DNA of 64,000 nucleotides from a virus: IMG/VR virus record IMGVR_UViG_3300044510_000078. One strand, given 5' to 3'. Positions 22,262-31,050 of the stretch are shown piece after piece. Numbering within the stretch: position 1 is the first letter of the stretch; the number at the start of each line of letters is the position of its first letter. The position numbers and the translations under genes were made by a program. Under the pieces are notes generated by a model, which did not search any database, was not told the DNA's origin, and saw nothing but the letters and a program-made list of their open reading frames with translations.

Positions 22262-22952
22262 CTATAAATTTAACCAATTCAGAACGCTTAATGTCCTCTT
22301 CTCCAAAATTGAAAGAATATATTCCCATTTTAGCACTGAGTTCATCATTAAATAATCCTTGTAATCTCTCAAATCCGCCAACCTTTCCATTTGTTAAGTC
22401 TGTTTGCATTGGGTCAGCTAAAATAAAACATTTGGAAAAATGTCCCAATCTTGTTAATATTGTTATGATTTCCTTATAAGTGGAATTTTGGGCCTCGTCA
22501 AGAATAATTGTTTTTGCGTTCCAATTAAGTCCTCTTGCATAATTAATCGGAAATGCAGAAATTCTTTTTTCTTTTTCTAGTATTTGGAGTTGAGATTGTG
22601 GTAGTAATTCTTCTAGTTTTTCATAAAATGGCAGATTATAAAAATGCAATTTCTCTTCTGCTGTGCCGGGTAAAAATCCCAATTTCGTGTCCGCGCTTTC
22701 CACGGCAGACCTAAGATATACAATATCTGAAACTTTTTTATCTGATAAGAGCTTCAAACTTGCATATACCGCCATCAAGGTTTTGCTTGTTCCCGCTGGA
22801 CCACCTAAGAAAATTAGTTTGGCTTCTTTGTTTAGGGCAATTCTTAGAAATTCTTTTTGTTTATCTGACCAATTGAGTTCTTTTATCAGAAGTTGGTTTT
22901 TAAGCTTATCTCTTTGATGCACATGGAGAGAAACATCTTTGTGAATTTTCAT
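22221..22952 (-). CDS. phoH: PhoH-like ATPase
   Basis: GPAGTSKT, LGFLPG, YARG, IILDEAQN, LTRLG, ADPMQTD, DIKRSELVK. Confidence 0.92.
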   Translation of the reverse strand: MKIHKDVSLHVHQRDKLKNQLLIKELNWSDKQKEFLRIALNKEAKLIFLGGPAGTSKTLMAVYASLKLLSDKKVSDIVYLRSAVESADTKLGFLPGTAEEKLHFYNLPFYEKLEELLPQSQLQILEKEKRISAFPINYARGLNWNAKTIILDEAQNSTYKEIITILTRLGHFSKCFILADPMQTDLTNGKVGGFERLQGLFNDELSAKMGIYSFNFGEEDIKRSELVKFIVKKVNNPALKQLH

Positions 22953-22962
22953 ATCTTAATTA

Positions 22963-22993
22963 TAAAAAACAAAAGAGCCTATTAATAGGCTCT
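22963..22993 (-). terminator. Intrinsic terminator
   Basis: Perfect palindrome AGAGCCTATTAATAGGCTCT (22974-22993) followed on the minus strand by TTTGTTTTTT. Confidence 0.75.
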
Positions 22994-23040
22994 CAGCATT
23001 TATTATTTTTTCCCACAATAATATTTACACTAGAAAAGAT

Positions 23041-23688
23041 TTAGAATCCGAAGATTTTTGTGTTAAATTTATGCTTCTCTTCTCCCATAGCTTGATGACA
23101 ATTTAATTTTAATCCAGCAGCATAGAGAATAAATAATAAACAAGTATGAAAAGCCATGCCATTAGAAATTTTCTCAAAATGTCCATAAAAGTAAGGAGAA
23201 CTAAATACATATCCAAATAATCCAGATAATCCAACAAAATAAATTAAAGAACCTATTAACTCAAGCCTTTTATATTTTTTTTCTGTATTAAAACACACTA
23301 CTAATCCACTCAAACCTATCAAGAGAAATCCAATAAGGGTAAACAAAGACGGGAACCCGGCCCTTATTGTCTTTTCTAAATTTTCACCAAAATTAAAAAT
23401 AGAAAGTGACGCCAATCCTCCAACCATCAATAAAATCCAATTTGAGCAAATTGAAACAACAATATCACAAAACTTATTTTTAGACTGAGCAATTCCACTA
23501 GAAGCTATAAGCATTATAGCGCTTAAAACAAAAGACACGGCTGTAAATATTTTCATGCTTTCGCCCCACTCTATCCATTTTGTATAAATGTCCTGATTGG
23601 TTTCCCAGCCATATAGCGTCACTAATGCGGTAATAAGAATAGCAAAAGGGATACTTTGGGCGCAAAATTTGATTAACTTTTCTTTCAT
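23041..23688 (-). CDS. Multi-pass membrane protein (about 6 TM)
   Basis: Alternating hydrophobic segments; GYVF...MAFHTCLLF resembles membrane sensor domains of signalling proteins. Confidence 0.75.
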   Translation of the reverse strand: MKEKLIKFCAQSIPFAILITALVTLYGWETNQDIYTKWIEWGESMKIFTAVSFVLSAIMLIASSGIAQSKNKFCDIVVSICSNWILLMVGGLASLSIFNFGENLEKTIRAGFPSLFTLIGFLLIGLSGLVVCFNTEKKYKRLELIGSLIYFVGLSGLFGYVFSSPYFYGHFEKISNGMAFHTCLLFILYAAGLKLNCHQAMGEEKHKFNTKIFGF

Positions 23689-23689
23689 A

Positions 23690-23944
23690 TTAAGGAGTCG
23701 GAAGTTGAGGAGTTTTCATAATCAATAAAATTAAAGAACTCATCACCGCAAGAAGAATTGTCCCAACCATGCCGTAAACAATTGTTTTTACGGGTTTGAA
23801 TTCGTCTTGTTTGACGTAATGAAGTTCGAGCATTTCTTTAATCTGTTTGACATCATTCAAAACGGTATCGAGTTTCGCAGTGTTAATGGCTTGAGATTTG
23901 GCTTCTTCTAGTTCTTCTTTTGTATATTTTTTTGTTTCGTCCAT
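23690..23944 (-). CDS. Holin-like small protein (coiled coil + C-terminal TM)
   Basis: Charged helical N-terminus and a single TM IVYGMVGTILLAVMSSLILLIM. Confidence 0.55.
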   Translation of the reverse strand: MDETKKYTKEELEEAKSQAINTAKLDTVLNDVKQIKEMLELHYVKQDEFKPVKTIVYGMVGTILLAVMSSLILLIMKTPQLPTP

Positions 23945-23975
23945 AAGTCATTAGTTATATATTATATACTTAGAA

Positions 23976-24491
23976 TTATTTTTTAGAAAATTCAAGAAGA
24001 TTTTTAAGAAGTTCTGGGCTTCCTTTGATTCTTTTATATATTTCGGCGTCGGTTTTTAGTTGAGTTTCTAGGTCAATAGAATTATGAAAGTAATGGTGAA
24101 GTTCATGCGAAAGAACCGCTCCAAAAAATAACATTTGATTAACGTCATTCGTTTCTTTTGGGCGAGAATGGCCAATATCTAAAAGAATAATTTTGTTTGT
24201 ATAAAAAGGCGTGACATCTTTTGTAACTGTTAGTCCATAAAACGCTGGCATATCTGACCAATAAATTTGTTGGGGAAGATACGGATACACCTGAGAATGG
24301 TCAACAATTGCGACCATTTTTAGGGCTTGTTCGGCTAACTTACGTTCGGATTCATTAAATTCGCGCCCTATTTTAATTTCAATTGCTTTTTCTTTAGGTA
24401 AAAATGGAGCCAAATTTTTTGGATTTAATAGGCATCCAGACCCACACGCTCCAACGAGCGACATCATTAAGGCCAGAATCAAAGCTTTCAT
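23976..24491 (-). CDS. Putative lipoprotein with HExxH zincin motif
   Basis: Signal peptide ending LVGAC, motif HELHH; GTGTAA 9 nt upstream of ATG. Confidence 0.65.
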   Translation of the reverse strand: MKALILALMMSLVGACGSGCLLNPKNLAPFLPKEKAIEIKIGREFNESERKLAEQALKMVAIVDHSQVYPYLPQQIYWSDMPAFYGLTVTKDVTPFYTNKIILLDIGHSRPKETNDVNQMLFFGAVLSHELHHYFHNSIDLETQLKTDAEIYKRIKGSPELLKNLLEFSKK

Positions 24492-24838
24492 CTAAAGGAA
24501 TTACACTTCTTTTTAAATAAAATTTTTTATATTTTTTGATGAGATTCTTTTATTTATCTAAACAGGACTAATTTTCGGTGGGGGGGAGACAGTATAAGGG
24601 ATAATGTTTTTAGTTTTGGATTTTTTTATTTTTGTTTGTTTGGGTTTTGGAGGTTTGGGGAGACTGAACACAACCACCCTACTCGGTTTTTTGAACTGGA
24701 TTTTCGTAATTTTTTCAAAAATAGGCATACCCCCCCCCGATGTAGTGGTTTGAATTTTAGACTGCTACAATAGGTTGTGTTATCTTTTTTTAATAAAAAT
24801 CTGTTGACTTTTCTGCCGTCATAGGCTAATCTTCTCAC

Positions 24839-25042
24839 ATGGAAAAGAAAGTCATTCAATACATCGTCAGAGAGTCCTACGGAAACTCCCTCGAATACAT
24901 CGCCAATCCTGCTGACGCTCGCCTTGTCGAGCTGCTTACGGGCAGGAAAACCATCAACTCTGTCATCCGCGAGCTGATTCGTGACCTGAGTGGCGGACGT
25001 ATCCAGTTTGAGGAAGTCTGGTATCGGCACGCGAACAACTAA
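24839..25042 (+). CDS. Hypothetical protein (67 aa), leaderless unit
   Basis: Preceded by TTGACT and a -10-like box; ATG close behind. Confidence 0.75.
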   Translation: MEKKVIQYIVRESYGNSLEYIANPADARLVELLTGRKTINSVIRELIRDLSGGRIQFEEVWYRHANN

Positions 25043-25198
25043 GCGCGTCTAAGACCTTCTCTGGCAAGGAGATAGGTCGTCAAGGGGCGGACGCTCTAAG
25101 GCTTTAGCTTTCAAGGGTTTGGGACTTAATAAATCTCATGTTTTTTTGAAAATTGTTCTTGCATTTAGCGGAAAACCTACTACAATTTCCCCTAGAAA

Positions 25199-25396
25199 AT
25201 GAAAAACGAAATGAATCCAAATTCCAATCCTCAGTCTCCCTCAAATCCAGTCCCGGTTGTCAAGACCGATGCTAACCAGTTTTCCAGCCTGTTCGACGAC
25301 CCGAAGTTCAGGGCGTCGTATATCGTGATGGAAAAGCGTCGCGGAAGATTGCGTGTCAGGGCTTGGCAACGTCGCAATGGACACGACTGGCCGTAA
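25199..25396 (+). CDS. Hypothetical protein (65 aa)
   Basis: Own promoter (TTGCAT at 25159); stop TAA is the start of a dyad. Confidence 0.7.
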   Translation: MKNEMNPNSNPQSPSNPVPVVKTDANQFSSLFDDPKFRASYIVMEKRRGRLRVRAWQRRNGHDWP

Positions 25397-25464
25397 TCGC
25401 TTGAGTATCAAAGACTTGCGTTTGCGCCCGTCGCTTTTGTAAGTGTTTGCATATCAGGGTTTTG
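25393..25464. repeat. Paired-dyad element
   Basis: TAATCGCTTGAGTATCAAAGACTTG - 21 bp - TAAGTGTTTGCATATCAGGGTTTTG. Confidence 0.8.
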
Positions 25465-25527
25465 TAGCTTCACAAAAAATGTAAAATTTTTCTTGCTTTT
25501 TTGGGTAAATTACACAATAATTTAGCC

Positions 25528-25833
25528 ATGAAAACAAACACGACATTCAAAGAGATGAACACAAACCACTATGCCGTCGCTGACCCTGCTATGGTGGGCG
25601 CACTTGGAGCGTTGGTTGACGCTTACAATGATGAACTCAAAGCGTTGGAAGGCAGGTTTAATGCTCGCGCCAACGATATTCTTGTCAACGCCATTGTTCC
25701 GCGCAGGGAAGGAACTTGCAAGAAAGCAACCATTTTGAACGTAGCAGCAATCCACGGCGACACCGTTTTCGTGACAACCGCTGATGCCCGTGGAGTTCTT
25801 ACAGAAGCCTATATCCATGCTGGCATAGAGTAG
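25528..25833 (+). CDS. Hypothetical protein (101 aa)
   Basis: ATG at 25528 follows TTGCTT...ACAATAAT promoter. Confidence 0.75.
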   Translation: MKTNTTFKEMNTNHYAVADPAMVGALGALVDAYNDELKALEGRFNARANDILVNAIVPRREGTCKKATILNVAAIHGDTVFVTTADARGVLTEAYIHAGIE

Positions 25834-25996
25834 AGGGAAACATCAGTCTTTTACGTAACCCCCTTAATCCCGAATGGGTTACGTGGCGGCTGGGCGCTTT
25901 TATAAACGCTTCTGCATTAGGGTGTTACATATATGAAGACTTTACTTTAGAAAAAGATTTGACAATTCGCGCTTCTAGTGATAGACTTCTCCAATC

Positions 25997-26200
25997 ATGC
26001 GTTGCGAAGATTATCCTTGCTGTGGTCACGAGGACGGCGGTTGCCCGAACTCTGACGGAACCTTTAACTGCTGCACTTGCGGAGCCAAGCTCCCAATTGA
26101 TAGCACTAGCGCGATGTGCCGTCGTTGCCATCGTGAGATGGACAGGCGAGAGGACGGTTATGAGATGGGCGGCGATTATGATTACTCGATGAACTACTAA
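25997..26200 (+). CDS. Small Cys-rich protein (MRCEDYPCCGH...)
   Basis: TTGACA promoter at 25959; CxxC pairs; stop TAA begins a dyad. Confidence 0.8.
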   Translation: MRCEDYPCCGHEDGGCPNSDGTFNCCTCGAKLPIDSTSAMCRRCHREMDRREDGYEMGGDYDYSMNY

Positions 26201-26268
26201 ACCCTTCGGGAATAAGTAGTTACAGGCCCGCCCGCCGCCCTTGTAAGTCCTTGATATTCAACGTAATG
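26198..26268. repeat. Paired-dyad element
   Basis: TAAACCCTTCGGGAATAAGTAGTTA - 21 bp GC-rich - TAAGTCCTTGATATTCAACGTAATG, 16 bp before TTGCAA. Confidence 0.85.
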
Positions 26269-26320
26269 TAATTGAAGATTTTTCTTGCAATCCCTGATAA
26301 ATGTGGTAAAGTCTTAACTA

Positions 26321-26476
26321 ATGAAACTCTACACGCTCACTTTCGAGAACAATGGTCAAACCCGCAAAGAGCAAGCTGCGGCAACTTCGCTTCTTCACGC
26401 TCTTGACAGGCTTTACACTTTCAACAGAATCACTGCAACGGACAAACTTCTCGATTTTTCGATGGAAACGCTTTGA
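26321..26476 (+). CDS. Hypothetical protein (51 aa)
   Basis: Read manually: MKLYTLTFENNGQ...; own promoter. Confidence 0.7.
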   Translation: MKLYTLTFENNGQTRKEQAAATSLLHALDRLYTFNRITATDKLLDFSMETL

Positions 26477-26483
26477 CTGGTTT

Positions 26484-26557
26484 TGGCCCTTAGCTTAATT
26501 GGTTAAAGCAGCGAACTCATAATTCGCCGAGTGTCGGTTCAAATCCGACAGGGCCAA
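26484..26557 (+). tRNA. tRNA with CAT anticodon (Ile2-like)
   Basis: TGGCCCT/AGGGCCA acceptor, GCGAA-CTCATAA-TTCGC, GTCGG-TTCAAAT-CCGAC; resembles bacterial tRNA-Ile(CAU). Confidence 0.9.
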
Positions 26558-26624
26558 CCCTCTCATATTCAACAACTTACAAACGTCGCGGCCCGCACCT
26601 AAGTCTTTGATAATCAACTAAATA
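26555..26624. repeat. Paired-dyad element
   Basis: ...ATTCAACAACTTA - 20 bp - TAAGTCTTTGATAATCAACTAAATA, 17 bp before TTGAAA. Confidence 0.85.
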
Positions 26625-26675
26625 AACTTTAGTTTTTTTTCTTGAAATTTTGGACGTTTGTGGTATCTTCTATTC

Positions 26676-26813
26676 ATGGACGACAGATTCGAGCAACAGG
26701 ACAACGAGCAACCTTACGACGGCGCGGGCTTTCCCGGCTGTGGCGATGGTTCCGATGACTTCGCAGACTGCAACGCGAATGAGGCGGACGACTATCGCAA
26801 CGAAGGCGAGTAG
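26676..26813 (+). CDS. Very acidic microprotein (45 aa)
   Basis: Read manually: MDDRFEQQDNEQPYDGAGFPGCGDGSDDFADCNANEADDYRNEGE; leaderless promoter. Confidence 0.7.
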   Translation: MDDRFEQQDNEQPYDGAGFPGCGDGSDDFADCNANEADDYRNEGE

Positions 26814-26940
26814 TAGCCTCGGTTGAGGCGCATACTACCTGTAGTAGTCGGCGGGGCGGCGCTGTAAGTCTTTGATTATCAAGTAAATTGAAATGAAGAT
26901 TTTTCTTGTAAATTCCTGAAAATATGATACTCTTTTGAGT

Positions 26941-27186
26941 ATGGAAAAGACAATGACTCACGTTGAAGCCAATCAACTCGCAGAACGCGGCTTGACGGTT
27001 TCTGACAATCTTCTTTACGCAACGGCTCGCAAAGGCCCATTTACCTATGGCGTGAGCTACATCGAAGGGGCAAACCTTCCGTGGCGTTTCACAATGAAGG
27101 GGCCAAAAATTCACAACGTCAAGACTTGGGATTTTTCCCATTTCTGGAAGATTCTAAACCACATGGAAAAGTTTTACATTCTGTGA
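26941..27186 (+). CDS. Hypothetical protein (81 aa)
   Basis: TTGTAA...TGATACT promoter; ATG at 26941. Confidence 0.75.
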   Translation: MEKTMTHVEANQLAERGLTVSDNLLYATARKGPFTYGVSYIEGANLPWRFTMKGPKIHNVKTWDFSHFWKILNHMEKFYIL

Positions 27187-27341
27187 GCGCAAAAGTTATC
27201 AAAATCACCATCCTTTATGTCGTCACGTTGACGGACGGGCGCGTTATCCAATTCCAAAGCAAGGACGACGCCGAGCGATTCATCAACACTATGAAAAACA
27301 ACGTGGAAAGTTTTCATTTTAGGGCTTTCGAGTCCGTGTAA
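27183..27341 (+). CDS. Hypothetical protein (52 aa)
   Basis: GTGA start/stop overlap; stop TAA begins a dyad. Confidence 0.65.
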   Translation: MSAKVIKITILYVVTLTDGRVIQFQSKDDAERFINTMKNNVESFHFRAFESV

Positions 27342-27409
27342 GCCTTTACCGCTTAGGGACTTATAAATGCGCCCGCCGTCTCTGTAAGTGCTTGATAATC
27401 AAACAAATT
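27339..27409. repeat. Paired-dyad element
   Basis: TAAGCCTTTACCGCTTAGGGACTTA - 21 bp - TAAGTGCTTGATAATCAAACAAATT, 27 bp before TTGCTT. Confidence 0.85.
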
Positions 27410-27476
27410 CAATTAAAGATTTCCCAAAAATACTTCTTGCTTTTTTAGGAAAATGTGATACACTTCTTTTAAGAAA

Positions 27477-27701
27477 ATGAAGATGAAAAACACAATCTCC
27501 GAAGTGATGAACGAAATCGAAACCTCAATCGGCATAAAGCTGGATTGGGCGCGGGTGACAAACCCGAAGTGCGACAACCGCACTTTCGAGGAATGGGTCG
27601 CCAAGTGCGAACTCGAAAAGAAGTTCCCGCGAACACCGCGAATCTGCGCGGTGACGGGTTACGTTGAGCCTCGCTTCCGTTGTCCTTCCGTTCTCGCATA
27701 G
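27477..27701 (+). CDS. Hypothetical protein (74 aa)
   Basis: Own promoter; ORF track. Confidence 0.7.
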   Translation: MKMKNTISEVMNEIETSIGIKLDWARVTNPKCDNRTFEEWVAKCELEKKFPRTPRICAVTGYVEPRFRCPSVLA

Positions 27702-27732
27702 TTCCCAAAAACCAACAAACCCAAAAATCAAA

Positions 27733-27927
27733 ATGACGAAAAAACACTTCATCGCCATCGCCGCCATCATCAGTCAGACTCCAATGCCGCCGCAAACTCG
27801 CAATGAGTTGGTGGCGAAAATTTCCAAAGTCTGCAAAACCGAGAATCCGCGCTTCGACGTTGCGCGATTTACGGTCGCCTGCCTACCTACGGGGAAAAGT
27901 TTGACTTTGAGCCATAAGTGGCTCTAG
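27733..27927 (+). CDS. Hypothetical protein (64 aa, MTKKHFIAIA...NPRFDVARF..AC)
   Basis: ATG at 27733; motif pattern of small phage proteins. Confidence 0.75.
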   Translation: MTKKHFIAIAAIISQTPMPPQTRNELVAKISKVCKTENPRFDVARFTVACLPTGKSLTLSHKWL

Positions 27928-27991
27928 TCTAACGGGTTGGAAAGGGCGGGCCGCGCTCTGTATGTCCTTGATGCTGAGAGTCTTAGACAAC

Positions 27992-28267
27992 TCAGCAATA
28001 CAAACTCAACGAATTCAGTCTCCCCATGTGGTTGTCAATGGTGCAATGCAGTTTTCCACCGTTGCGCGACAACCGAAGGAAAGAGTAGCTCCCGCAATAT
28101 TCGCAGGAATCGTATCCATAGGATTCGACGCGAAAAGCGCGGAGCTTCCATCGCTTTCCCTTTTTGAAAGAGAAAGAAACCTTGTCACCGGGATTAACGC
28201 CCTTTTGCTCAAGGATGCGGCAAATGGCGGAAGTGTAGTTGTTTGATTCGGTAATTTTGATGACCAT
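27992..28267 (-). CDS. Hypothetical protein with CxxC (91 aa)
   Basis: TTGACA-17-TAGTGT-6-ATG promoter on the minus strand. Confidence 0.75.
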   Translation of the reverse strand: MVIKITESNNYTSAICRILEQKGVNPGDKVSFSFKKGKRWKLRAFRVESYGYDSCEYCGSYSFLRLSRNGGKLHCTIDNHMGRLNSLSLYC

Positions 28268-28318
28268 AGAGAAACACTATCACGACTACTGAAAAATGTC
28301 AAACTTTTTTTACAAATA

Positions 28319-28384
28319 AATCTCATTGATATACAAAGCTTTACAAAACCCCCCACCCGCAAGTCTTTGAAAGCGAGCGACTTA
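28319..28384. repeat. Paired-dyad element
   Basis: Left dyad 16 bp from the minus-strand -35; right dyad begins with the minus-strand TAA of 28382-28576. Confidence 0.8.
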
Positions 28385-28576
28385 ACGCCACGCCAATTCG
28401 GGCATTGACTCTACGCGCACGATTGCCGAGCGTCCAACCTGCCGCTTCAGCATCTCAATCTGCACGGTGGCGAGAGATTCCGCCCGAATGACGGCGGCGT
28501 AATTCACGCCGTCTTTGGCGTAAATGACACGGCGAAGGGTAGAGTTGCGGTGACGTGGGTTGATGTGGACTTGCAT
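28382..28576 (-). CDS. Hypothetical protein (64 aa)
   Basis: TTGCCT...TGATACT promoter; leaderless ATG. Confidence 0.75.
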   Translation of the reverse strand: MQVHINPRHRNSTLRRVIYAKDGVNYAAVIRAESLATVQIEMLKRQVGRSAIVRVESMPELAWR

Positions 28577-28679
28577 GGTGTAAAAGTATCACAAGAATTC
28601 CCCAAAGGCAAGAACTTTTTGAAGTTTTTTTACAAATAAATCTTTGACTTTTCAGGACAATTGTGATAGGATTTCTCCT

Positions 28680-28850
28680 ATGCGAATCAAAATCACATAC
28701 TTAAAAACCGGCAACGAATATATTCAACAGGCCGAGGAGGTTCATTTCAACAAGGGTAGTATCGCTCTTTTTGGGGAAAAGTATGCCACTTTTTTCCGTC
28801 CGCAAGACGAAGTGAAAGTCGAAATTCTGGACGATACACGGCAGTCGTAA
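28680..28850 (+). CDS. Hypothetical protein (56 aa)
   Basis: TTGACT promoter; ATG at 28680; stop begins a dyad. Confidence 0.7.
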   Translation: MRIKITYLKTGNEYIQQAEEVHFNKGSIALFGEKYATFFRPQDEVKVEILDDTRQS

Positions 28851-28919
28851 AGCTTTCTTTCTGAAGGACTTGAGGAGTCCGCAGAGCCAGTTTGTAAATC
28901 TTTGATATTCAGGTTTTAG
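28848..28919. repeat. Paired-dyad element
   Basis: TAAAGCTTTCTTTCTGAAGGACTTG - 22 bp - TAAATCTTTGATATTCAGGTTTTAG. Confidence 0.75.
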
Positions 28920-29017
28920 CCTAATCCCATGTCACGCCCCAAAGAAGTCCCCTGAGTGGAACGAAAAGTGACTGAAATTGTTTGACTTTTATTGAGTTTT
29001 CGGCTATCATCATTTTA

Positions 29018-29224
29018 ATGAATACCTCCCTCAAATCCGCGCAATATAGACTCCGTTCGACTCTCGAAGCTAACGGAATCAAAGTCGGCACGAAGAAAGC
29101 TCAAATGGCCGAATTCTTTTTCCTTCAGGGAGCATTGGCTGCCGCTGATAAGGAGTTTCCGTCCACTTCCGCAGCAATTTGTATGCTCTCTGGTCGTTCG
29201 ATTCTGACTCTCAAAAATGAGTAA
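29018..29224 (+). CDS. Hypothetical protein (68 aa)
   Basis: TTGACT-17-TATCAT promoter; ATG at 29018. Confidence 0.75.
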   Translation: MNTSLKSAQYRLRSTLEANGIKVGTKKAQMAEFFFLQGALAAADKEFPSTSAAICMLSGRSILTLKNE

Positions 29225-29294
29225 GAGGCTGTAAATCAGATACTTACAAAGCCCGCCCCGCCGCCCCCGTAAATCCTTCTCCACCAACGAAATA
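29222..29294. repeat. Paired-dyad element
   Basis: TAAGAGGCTGTAAATCAGATACTTA - 23 bp - TAAATCCTTCTCCACCAACGAAATA, 16 bp before TTGCCA. Confidence 0.8.
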
Positions 29295-29344
29295 AAAATA
29301 AGGAAAATCCTTGCCATTCCTGCAAAGTCTGGTAATATCTTTGC

Positions 29345-29977
29345 ATGATGAATCGTGCAACCGCCCTTGAAATTGTTGGCGGACTTTCCACTCCCTCAAA
29401 AATGCCGTGTCACTCTTTTTCCATTCCGGCGCGACATTGCCTTGTCGGGCAAAAGTTGCGTGATGTCGAGGGGTCAATTTGTTCCAAGTGTTACGCTTTG
29501 AAGGGGCGTTATGGATTCAAAAATGTTCAAACCGCGCTAGACCGTAGGTTTGAAAATTTGAATCACCCACTTTGGGTTACGGCAATGGCTTGGCTTTTGA
29601 ATAACGTCGAGAAAAGCGGCTTTTTCCGTTGGCACGATTCCGGCGACTTGCAAAGCGTTGAACACTTGGGGCGAATCGTTGAAGTGTGCAAACTGACTCC
29701 CGGCGTGAAGCATTGGCTTCCCACCCGTGAGTTTGGGATTGTTGGGGACTTCATCCGTGGCGGTGGTATCATTCCTGATAATCTCACAGTCCGTTTTTCC
29801 GCTTTGATGTTTGACGGTCAACCGCCCGTGACTGCGGCTCGCAATCTTGGCGTGCAAGTGTCGAGCGCAAGCAAAGAAAACTTTACTTGCCCCGCCTCAA
29901 AACAGCAAAACCAGTGCGGCGACTGTCGCGCTTGTTGGGATAAGTCGCGGTTTGACATTTCCTATAAGAAACACTAA
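29345..29977 (+). CDS. GP88-like Cys-rich protein (radical-SAM-like)
   Basis: SKMPCHSFSIPARHC...SICSKCYALKGRY, FRWHDSGD, HWLPTRE, CGDCRACW. Confidence 0.75.
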   Translation: MMNRATALEIVGGLSTPSKMPCHSFSIPARHCLVGQKLRDVEGSICSKCYALKGRYGFKNVQTALDRRFENLNHPLWVTAMAWLLNNVEKSGFFRWHDSGDLQSVEHLGRIVEVCKLTPGVKHWLPTREFGIVGDFIRGGGIIPDNLTVRFSALMFDGQPPVTAARNLGVQVSSASKENFTCPASKQQNQCGDCRACWDKSRFDISYKKH

Positions 29978-30057
29978 AAAATATGGCCATTCTAATCACG
30001 GCATTAGTTTTCGGCGTGTTTGTTTCTTTGTTTGTTGGAGCAATAGTCAATCCGCCA

Positions 30058-30129
30058 TAAGTCATTGGCTGCTAAGGACTTAGAAGGGCGGGCGGCGAAA
30101 TCCGTAACCAATTGAAATTCAATTGATTA
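30058..30129. repeat. Paired-dyad element
   Basis: TAAGTCATTGGCTGCTAAGGACTTA - 22 bp - TAACCAATTGAAATTCAATTGATTA. Confidence 0.85.
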
Positions 30130-30593
30130 CAAATTATCAGCAAGCATGGTCAACCACTCGCATCCCACCATCGTATCGCTCAGTCCGTTTGCGCGGAAGG
30201 TTCGCCCGACGCCTTAGCCTTGTCCGTTGTTGCTTGCTAAAAATGTGACGGCAGGCGGACATCGCACCCGCTTGGAGACTCGCCAACAGCTACCCTTGCT
30301 GCCGTCAGAAATTTAATGGGGCGCGTATCGCTCTCCCCCTCGCGCTAACCTTATATTGTTTGAGCGGTGGTTACAGCACCCGCTTTTGCCTCACTTTACT
30401 TGGCTCTCGGCTTCAGCTACTCGATACGAGGTCAGCTTTCGCTGGTGGTGTCGCACTTTGGGTTCTGCCACTGGCCGTTTAGTAAAGGCTCTTTGATATG
30501 TTCCGTGACTTTTGAGAGTTTAGCGTCAAACATTTTGCGAATGACGCCGCGAAGTAAGTCTCGCTCTACGTAACACACCAAAGAACCTTCAAC
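30130..30593 (-). ncRNA. Candidate large structured ncRNA (about 460 nt)
   Basis: TTGCAT-17-TATTCT promoter (30629-30601) with no nearby start codon; GC-rich, multiple inverted repeats. Confidence 0.55.
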
Positions 30594-30655
30594 TGTTAAT
30601 AGAATACCATAAAACGAAAAAAAATGCAAGCACTTTTTTGAACTTTTTTCCATTT

Positions 30656-30726
30656 TAAGCCATTGAAACTCAAGAACTTACGAGGCGAACGGGCGGCGGC
30701 GTAAATCCTTGATAGATAACAGTTTG
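30656..30726. repeat. Paired-dyad element between divergent promoters
   Basis: TAAGCCATTGAAACTCAAGAACTTA - 21 bp - TAAATCCTTGATAGATAACAGTTTG. Confidence 0.85.
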
Positions 30727-30791
30727 TAAAATCTCACTTTTTTCAGAAAGAAAGTTGTTGACCTTTTGCGGCTTTGTGATACTCTTTTTAC

Positions 30792-31034
30792 ATGATGAAC
30801 GACTTCACCGCCCTAAACGCAGAAACCGAAACGTCCGCCTTCGCCAAGTTCACTACCGAGGAACACGCCGAATATCAGGCGTGGCTCGACGAGCGTGAGC
30901 AGGAAACACTTGAAGAAAAGCAGCAGCGTAAGCTCGACGCATGGCGCAAGTGGGGCGAAAAAATGGCATTTCTCCGTCAAATTCACGAGGAAATTGCGCC
31001 CCTCATCGCAGCGCGCAAGGCCGCACTCGAATAA
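30792..31034 (+). CDS. Hypothetical protein (80 aa)
   Basis: TTGACC...TGATACT promoter. Confidence 0.75.
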   Translation: MMNDFTALNAETETSAFAKFTTEEHAEYQAWLDEREQETLEEKQQRKLDAWRKWGEKMAFLRQIHEEIAPLIAARKAALE

Positions 31035-31050
31035 TAGTTCAGTTCTCGCG

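Noticed and set aside
24626-25030. 134-aa minus-strand ORF and similar antisense ORFs throughout 25-64 kb
   Set aside because: They overlap promoter-supported genes or promoters on the other strand and show no recognisable motifs.
30130-30593. tmRNA, RNase P or SRP RNA
   Set aside because: It lacks the GGGGC...CCACCA tRNA-like ends, the GAAAGTCC P4 motif and the SRP GGAA/AGCAG loop.
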